Of a DNA stretch of 10,315 nt, positions 6,110 through 10,315 are shown in pieces. The DNA lies in NCBI GenBank assembly GCA_031425655.1, contig JANPJS010000260.1, positions 1-10,315 of the forward strand, written 5' to 3'. The stretch is from Abditibacteriaceae bacterium. GTDB lineage: Bacteria > Armatimonadota > Abditibacteriia > Abditibacteriales > Abditibacteriaceae. The notes under the pieces were generated by a model. It searched no databases. It was not told the DNA's origin and was given only the letters and a program-made list of their open reading frames with translations. The translations under genes were made by a program, and so were the position numbers. How positions within the stretch are numbered: position 1 is the stretch's first letter; each line of letters opens with the position of its first letter.

Positions 6110-7693
6110 ATGACTCAACAAGAACTCTGGCAACGCTACCAACAATATCTCTATCTCGACAAGGCGTTGGAACTGAGCCTCGATATTTCGCGCATGAACT
6201 TTAGCGACGGCTTTTTCGCGTCCTTAGAGCCGAAGCTGCAAAAGGCTTACGCCGCGATGGCCGAACTGGAAAAAGGCGCCATCGCCAACCCCGACGAAAA
6301 GCGCATGGTCGGCCATTATTGGCTGCGTGCGCCGCATCTGGCGCCCGACGATTGGGAGCCGATCATCGAACACACGCTGGAAGATTTAAAAACCTTCACG
6401 GCGCAAGTCCACGACGGCGAAATCACGCCGCAGCGCGGCGGAAAATTCGAGAATCTGCTCATTGTCGGCATCGGCGGCAGCGCATTGGGGCCGCAATTCG
6501 TGGCGCAAGCACTCAGCGACCCGGCCCGCGACCGCATGATGCCGTATTTCTTCGATAACACCGATCCCGACGGCATGGCGCGTGTGTTGGCGCGAATCGG
6601 CCCTAATCTCGATAAAACGCTGACGGTTGTCATCAGCAAAAGCGGCGGCACCAAGGAAACGCGCAACGGAATGCTCGAAGCGCAGGCCGCTTATCACGAA
6701 ATGGGTTTGCACTTCGGGCGCCACGCGGTTGCCATTACCGGCGAGGGCAGCAAACTCGACGCGGATGCCACCAACGAGCGTTGGCTGGCGCGCTTTCCGA
6801 TGTGGGACTGGGTCGGTGGTCGCACCAGTGAAACCAGCGCTGTCGGATTGCTTCCCGCGCTGCTTCAAGGCTTCGATGTGGACGCGCTTTTACGCGGCGC
6901 GGGGCAAATGGACGAGGCCACGCGCGGCAGCGAAACGCAGCGCAACCCCGCCGCGCTTTTGGCCGCGATGTGGTTTCACGCGACGGGCGGGCAGGGCAAA
7001 AAAGACATGGTCATTTTGCCTTATAAAGACCGCTTGGAATTATTCTCGCGCTATTTGCAGCAGCTCATTATGGAATCGTTGGGCAAGGAAAAAGACCTCG
7101 GCGGGCGCGTCGTGCATCAAGGCATCGCGGTTTATGGCAACAAAGGCTCGACCGATCAGCACGCTTATGTGCAGCAGTTGCGCGACGGCGTCAACAACTT
7201 TTTCGTGACTTTCATCGAAGTGCTGACGCCGCGCGAAGGTGCCGAAATCGAAGTCGAGCCGGGCATCACGGCGGGCGATTATTTGTTCGGATTCTTGCAC
7301 GGCACGCGCCGCGCTTTGCACGAAAATGGGCGCGAAAGCCTGACTCTGAGCGTGCAGCGCGTGGACGCCGCAACGGTCGGACGCCTCATCGCGCTTTACG
7401 AGCGCGGCGTCGGCTTTTACGCCAGCCTCATCAATGTCAATGCGTATCATCAGCCCGGCGTCGAGGCCGGAAAAGTGGCCGCGCAGGATGTCGTCGCTTT
7501 GCAAGCGCGCGTGATCGAAGCCCTGCGCGCTCAGCCCGGCTCGGAACTGACCGCCGACGAAGTCGCCGCGCACCTCAAAGCGCCCGGCGACGCCGAAACG
7601 ATTTTCCACATCCTACGCCATCTCGAAGCCTCTGGCCGCGTTCGCCGCCAAAGCGGCAGCGCAAGCCGCACCACATTCGTCGTAAAGTTTTGA
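6110..7693 (+). CDS. pgi: Glucose-6-phosphate isomerase
   Basis: 527 aa. [72 protein letters not shown] upstream. Resembles the cyanobacterial/plastid-like PGI subtype. Confidence 0.97.
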   Translation: MTQQELWQRYQQYLYLDKALELSLDISRMNFSDGFFASLEPKLQKAYAAMAELEKGAIANPDEKRMVGHYWLRAPHLAPDDWEPIIEHTLEDLKTFTAQVHDGEITPQRGGKFENLLIVGIGGSALGPQFVAQALSDPARDRMMPYFFDNTDPDGMARVLARIGPNLDKTLTVVISKSGGTKETRNGMLEAQAAYHEMGLHFGRHAVAITGEGSKLDADATNERWLARFPMWDWVGGRTSETSAVGLLPALLQGFDVDALLRGAGQMDEATRGSETQRNPAALLAAMWFHATGGQGKKDMVILPYKDRLELFSRYLQQLIMESLGKEKDLGGRVVHQGIAVYGNKGSTDQHAYVQQLRDGVNNFFVTFIEVLTPREGAEIEVEPGITAGDYLFGFLHGTRRALHENGRESLTLSVQRVDAATVGRLIALYERGVGFYASLINVNAYHQPGVEAGKVAAQDVVALQARVIEALRAQPGSELTADEVAAHLKAPGDAETIFHILRHLEASGRVRRQSGSASRTTFVVKF

Positions 7694-7760
7694 ATTATGA
7701 GTTTTAAGTTTTGAGTTGAGGCCGTTAATTCAAAACTTAAAATTCAAAATTCTCAACTTT
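7684..7760. repeat. AT-rich inverted repeat of TTTTGAR heptamers, overlapping the pgi stop codon
   Basis: 7684-7717 AAAGTTTTGAATTATGAGTTTTAAGTTTTGAGTT matches the reverse complement of 7727-7760 at 29/34 (two mismatches are G-U compatible). The loop is 9 nt. Confidence 0.88.
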
Positions 7761-7774
7761 TCCGAAGGAAACTC

Positions 7775-8980
7775 ATGCTTTATCCTCTTAAATTCAAGCC
7801 TTATTTGAAGTTTTATCCTTACGGCGGGCGGCGCTTCGTGGAAGTGCTGCACAAAGAAGGCGTGCCCGCAGGCCGCGATGTCGCCGAAACGTGGGAAATC
7901 GCCGATCACGGCGACGAGCAATCGGTGGTTAGCAACGGGCCGTTGGCCGGGCGCACATTGCGCTCGCTGATGGAAGAATTTGGCGCCGAACTTGTCGGCG
8001 ACGAAATTCAGGCGCGCTACGGCGATTACTTTCCGCTGCTCATCAAATTTCTCGATTGCGACAAGCGTTTGCCCGCCCATATGCACCCGAATGACGCGCA
8101 CGCGGAGCGGCTTGGCCTGAGCGACAAAGGCAAAACCGAAGCGTGGTATATCGTGAAATCCGACGCGGGCGCCAATGCTTATATCGGCATGCGGCCCGGC
8201 CTGACAGCGGAGCAATTCGCCGACGCCATCGAAAACGGCGACACCTACGACGGCGTGATGAACAAAGTCGCCACAACGTCCGGCGAAACTTACTTTGTGC
8301 CGTCGGGCCGTTTGCACGGCTTGGGCGAGGGCAATTTGGCCTTTGAAGTCCAGCAAAACTCCGACGCCGGTTTCGCCTGGGATTGGGCCGGTTTCGTCGA
8401 ATCCGGCGTGATTTCAGGGGAAAAGGCCGCAAAACACCCGCAATTGGCCATCGAATGCGCGTATTACGAAGACGGCGCGCAGGAGCAAACCCAACACGTC
8501 ACGATTCAGGAAGGCGCCTTAACCAAGACTTTTTGCTGCGCGAGCCGCTATTTCGTCTTGGAAAAGCTGAGCGCGACTGAAAAATTCATTTTTCGCGACG
8601 ATGCGCCGCGTTTCAACACGCTCACGCTGATTGGCGGCGCGGCGATATTTCGCGCTAACGGCGAGGAAGTTTTCGCGCGGCGCGGCGAATCGCTGCTGAT
8701 TCCCGCCGAAATTGCCGTCGAAATCGAACCGAATCATCTCGCGGGCGGCGGCGAATTGGAAATGTTGCGCTGTTACGTCCCCGACTTGGAAATGGATGTC
8801 ATCGAACCGCTGCGGGCGCATGACAAAAGTGATGAGGAAATTGCGTGGCTCGGCTCTTATGGGCAAGGCAACGATTTACTGCGATTGCTCGGCCTGCCAC
8901 CCAATACGTTTTTAGTGACCGAAGAACAGCGCGCTGCCGCGATTGAACGCGGCAGAGATTCGCGTGACGAAACTTCGTAA
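7775..8980 (+). CDS. Type I phosphomannose isomerase-like cupin protein (divergent)
   Basis: 401 aa. LYPLKFKP..YGGR, AETWEI, FPLLIKFLD, HP, KTEAWYI, VPSGRLHGLG, EVQQNSD, C-terminal cupin half. SD GAAGGA upstream. Confidence 0.85.
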   Translation: MLYPLKFKPYLKFYPYGGRRFVEVLHKEGVPAGRDVAETWEIADHGDEQSVVSNGPLAGRTLRSLMEEFGAELVGDEIQARYGDYFPLLIKFLDCDKRLPAHMHPNDAHAERLGLSDKGKTEAWYIVKSDAGANAYIGMRPGLTAEQFADAIENGDTYDGVMNKVATTSGETYFVPSGRLHGLGEGNLAFEVQQNSDAGFAWDWAGFVESGVISGEKAAKHPQLAIECAYYEDGAQEQTQHVTIQEGALTKTFCCASRYFVLEKLSATEKFIFRDDAPRFNTLTLIGGAAIFRANGEEVFARRGESLLIPAEIAVEIEPNHLAGGGELEMLRCYVPDLEMDVIEPLRAHDKSDEEIAWLGSYGQGNDLLRLLGLPPNTFLVTEEQRAAAIERGRDSRDETS

Positions 8981-9005
8981 GCGCCAGTCAAGCGATTTTG
9001 ATAAT

Positions 9006-9045
9006 AACAAAGCGGCGACTCTCGAAAGAGAGTCGCCGCTTTGTT
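9006..9045. terminator. Bidirectional intrinsic terminator between convergent genes
   Basis: Perfect 18-bp stem AACAAAGCGGCGACTCTC / GAGAGTCGCCGCTTTGTT with a GAAA loop and T-rich tails on both strands. Confidence 0.9.
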
Positions 9046-9062
9046 TTTGGGAAGTTCTAATC

Positions 9063-10313
9063 TTATTCGCTTGGCTCGTCGTTCTCGAAGGTTTGCGCGG
9101 CTGCGTCGTCGTTGCGAATGGTGCCGAGGCCTGTGCCATCGGCGATAAAGGCGTAAGCCACCTTGCTCAGATTGACTTTGTAGGTTTCGTTTGGCTCGAT
9201 GGTGGTGTCGCCATTGACCTGCACCGTAATCGTTTTGCTGGTTTCGCCCAGAGCGAAAGTCAGAGTGCCCGAAGCCGCGACAAAGTCATTGGCGGTAGCG
9301 GTATTGTTGGCCGTTGTCCAATCTACGGTGATGGTGTCGGTCGAAGCTGCCGAAAGCGTTACGGTGAAGATTTGTGACGAGGTGCCGCTGTCGCCCTCGT
9401 CAATGGTGACGGCATTGGAGATGCTAATGCCCGGCCCGTCGTCGTTGTTGATCTGGCCTACACCGCGACTGTCGGCGATGGTGGTATTGACCGGAGTCAG
9501 CAGGTCGAAGAAGAAGGTTTCATTCAGTTCGACGGCGTTGTCGCCGATAAAACTGATGGTGACCTTCTTGAGAGTTTGGCCCGGCAAAAACGTGATCTTG
9601 CCGCTTTTGGCGGTGTAATCGGTGCCGGCCAGGGCCGGATTATTGATGCCGTTGGCCGTTTGGTAATTGACGGTCACGGTTTGTGTGCTGGGGAAATTGA
9701 GCGTGATGTCGAAAGTCACCGAGCCGGATGCATTTACATTGCCTTCGGGAAGGGAACGGGGATTATTGACCGCAACGCTGACATCATCGTTGGCGATGGT
9801 GCCTTGTCCCTGGTTATCTGCAATGGTGGCGTTGACGGCGTTCGAGAGATTGACGAAGAATGTTTCGTTGGCTTCGTTCAGGGTATCGCCATTAACGACG
9901 ATACTCAGCGTTTTTGTGGTTTCGCCGGGCGCAAAGGTGAGCGTGGTGAGGGCCGCCGCGACGTAATCGCTGCCCGCCGTCGCTGTGCCGTTGGCGGTGA
10001 TGAATTGCACCGTCGCGGTTTGTGTGCTGGGCGCCGACAGGCTGACCGTGAAGCCAAAGTTCGTAGTGCCGCTGTTGCCCTCGGTGAGCGTCACGTCATT
10101 GATGCTGATCGCAGGCGGAGCATCATCATTGGTGATAGTGCCCAGGCCTTGTGCGTCCGCAATCGTGGCGTTGACTGGACTGGTAAGGTTAACGAAGAAG
10201 GTCTCGTTCGGCTCAAAATTGGGGTCGCCGCTAACCGCGACGGTAACGGTGCCCGAAGACTGGCCTGCGGGAATGGTCAACGTCGTCAGCGGCAACGCTG
10301 TGTAATCGCTGCC
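9063..10313 (-). CDS. Calx-beta repeat extracellular protein, C-terminal part (starts beyond the window)
   Basis: The frame is open to the window edge (GSDYTALPLTT...). About four ~110-aa repeats with EGNSG..F.V.LS..S...TV...T.NGTA.AGSDY..LTF.PGET.K......GD...E.NETF.V.L....A.IAD..G.GTI.NDD. Confidence 0.93.
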   Translation of the reverse strand, partial: GSDYTALPLTTLTIPAGQSSGTVTVAVSGDPNFEPNETFFVNLTSPVNATIADAQGLGTITNDDAPPAISINDVTLTEGNSGTTNFGFTVSLSAPSTQTATVQFITANGTATAGSDYVAAALTTLTFAPGETTKTLSIVVNGDTLNEANETFFVNLSNAVNATIADNQGQGTIANDDVSVAVNNPRSLPEGNVNASGSVTFDITLNFPSTQTVTVNYQTANGINNPALAGTDYTAKSGKITFLPGQTLKKVTISFIGDNAVELNETFFFDLLTPVNTTIADSRGVGQINNDDGPGISISNAVTIDEGDSGTSSQIFTVTLSAASTDTITVDWTTANNTATANDFVAASGTLTFALGETSKTITVQVNGDTTIEPNETYKVNLSKVAYAFIADGTGLGTIRNDDAAAQTFENDEPSE

Positions 10314-10315
10314 TG

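Noticed and set aside
8943..10305. Plus-strand ORFs 8943-9377, 9199-9618, 9667-9966 and 9985-10305, and other short overlapping ORFs throughout the window
   Set aside because: Antisense or alternate-frame shadows of well-supported genes in GC-rich DNA, with no recognisable motifs.

Overview
Bacterial chromosomal window, GC-rich, mostly housekeeping genes. In order: 3' end of a GH16-like glycoside hydrolase, dapL, a GxxExxY (PD-(D/E)XK-type) gene, a D-2-hydroxyacid dehydrogenase, a secreted thioredoxin-like hypothetical (-), tRNA-Leu(CAG) (-) with a clear promoter and terminator, a degenerate ROK protein, pgi, a divergent type I phosphomannose-isomerase-like cupin, and the C-terminal part of a Calx-beta repeat protein (-). 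The main unexplained structure is intergenic. The GxxExxY gene is enclosed by ~50-bp inverted repeats built from 8-9-nt CGGGAAG units, and an 'empty' copy of the same repeat pair lies 1.4 kb upstream. Three more long palindromes built from short tandem units (8, 10-11 and 7 nt) sit at other stop codons, and a REP/REPIN-like element lies beside the tRNA promoter. The pattern suggests an autonomous/non-autonomous repeat system analogous to RAYT-REPIN, but tied to a PD-(D/E)XK nuclease. That interpretation is inference; no searches were run.
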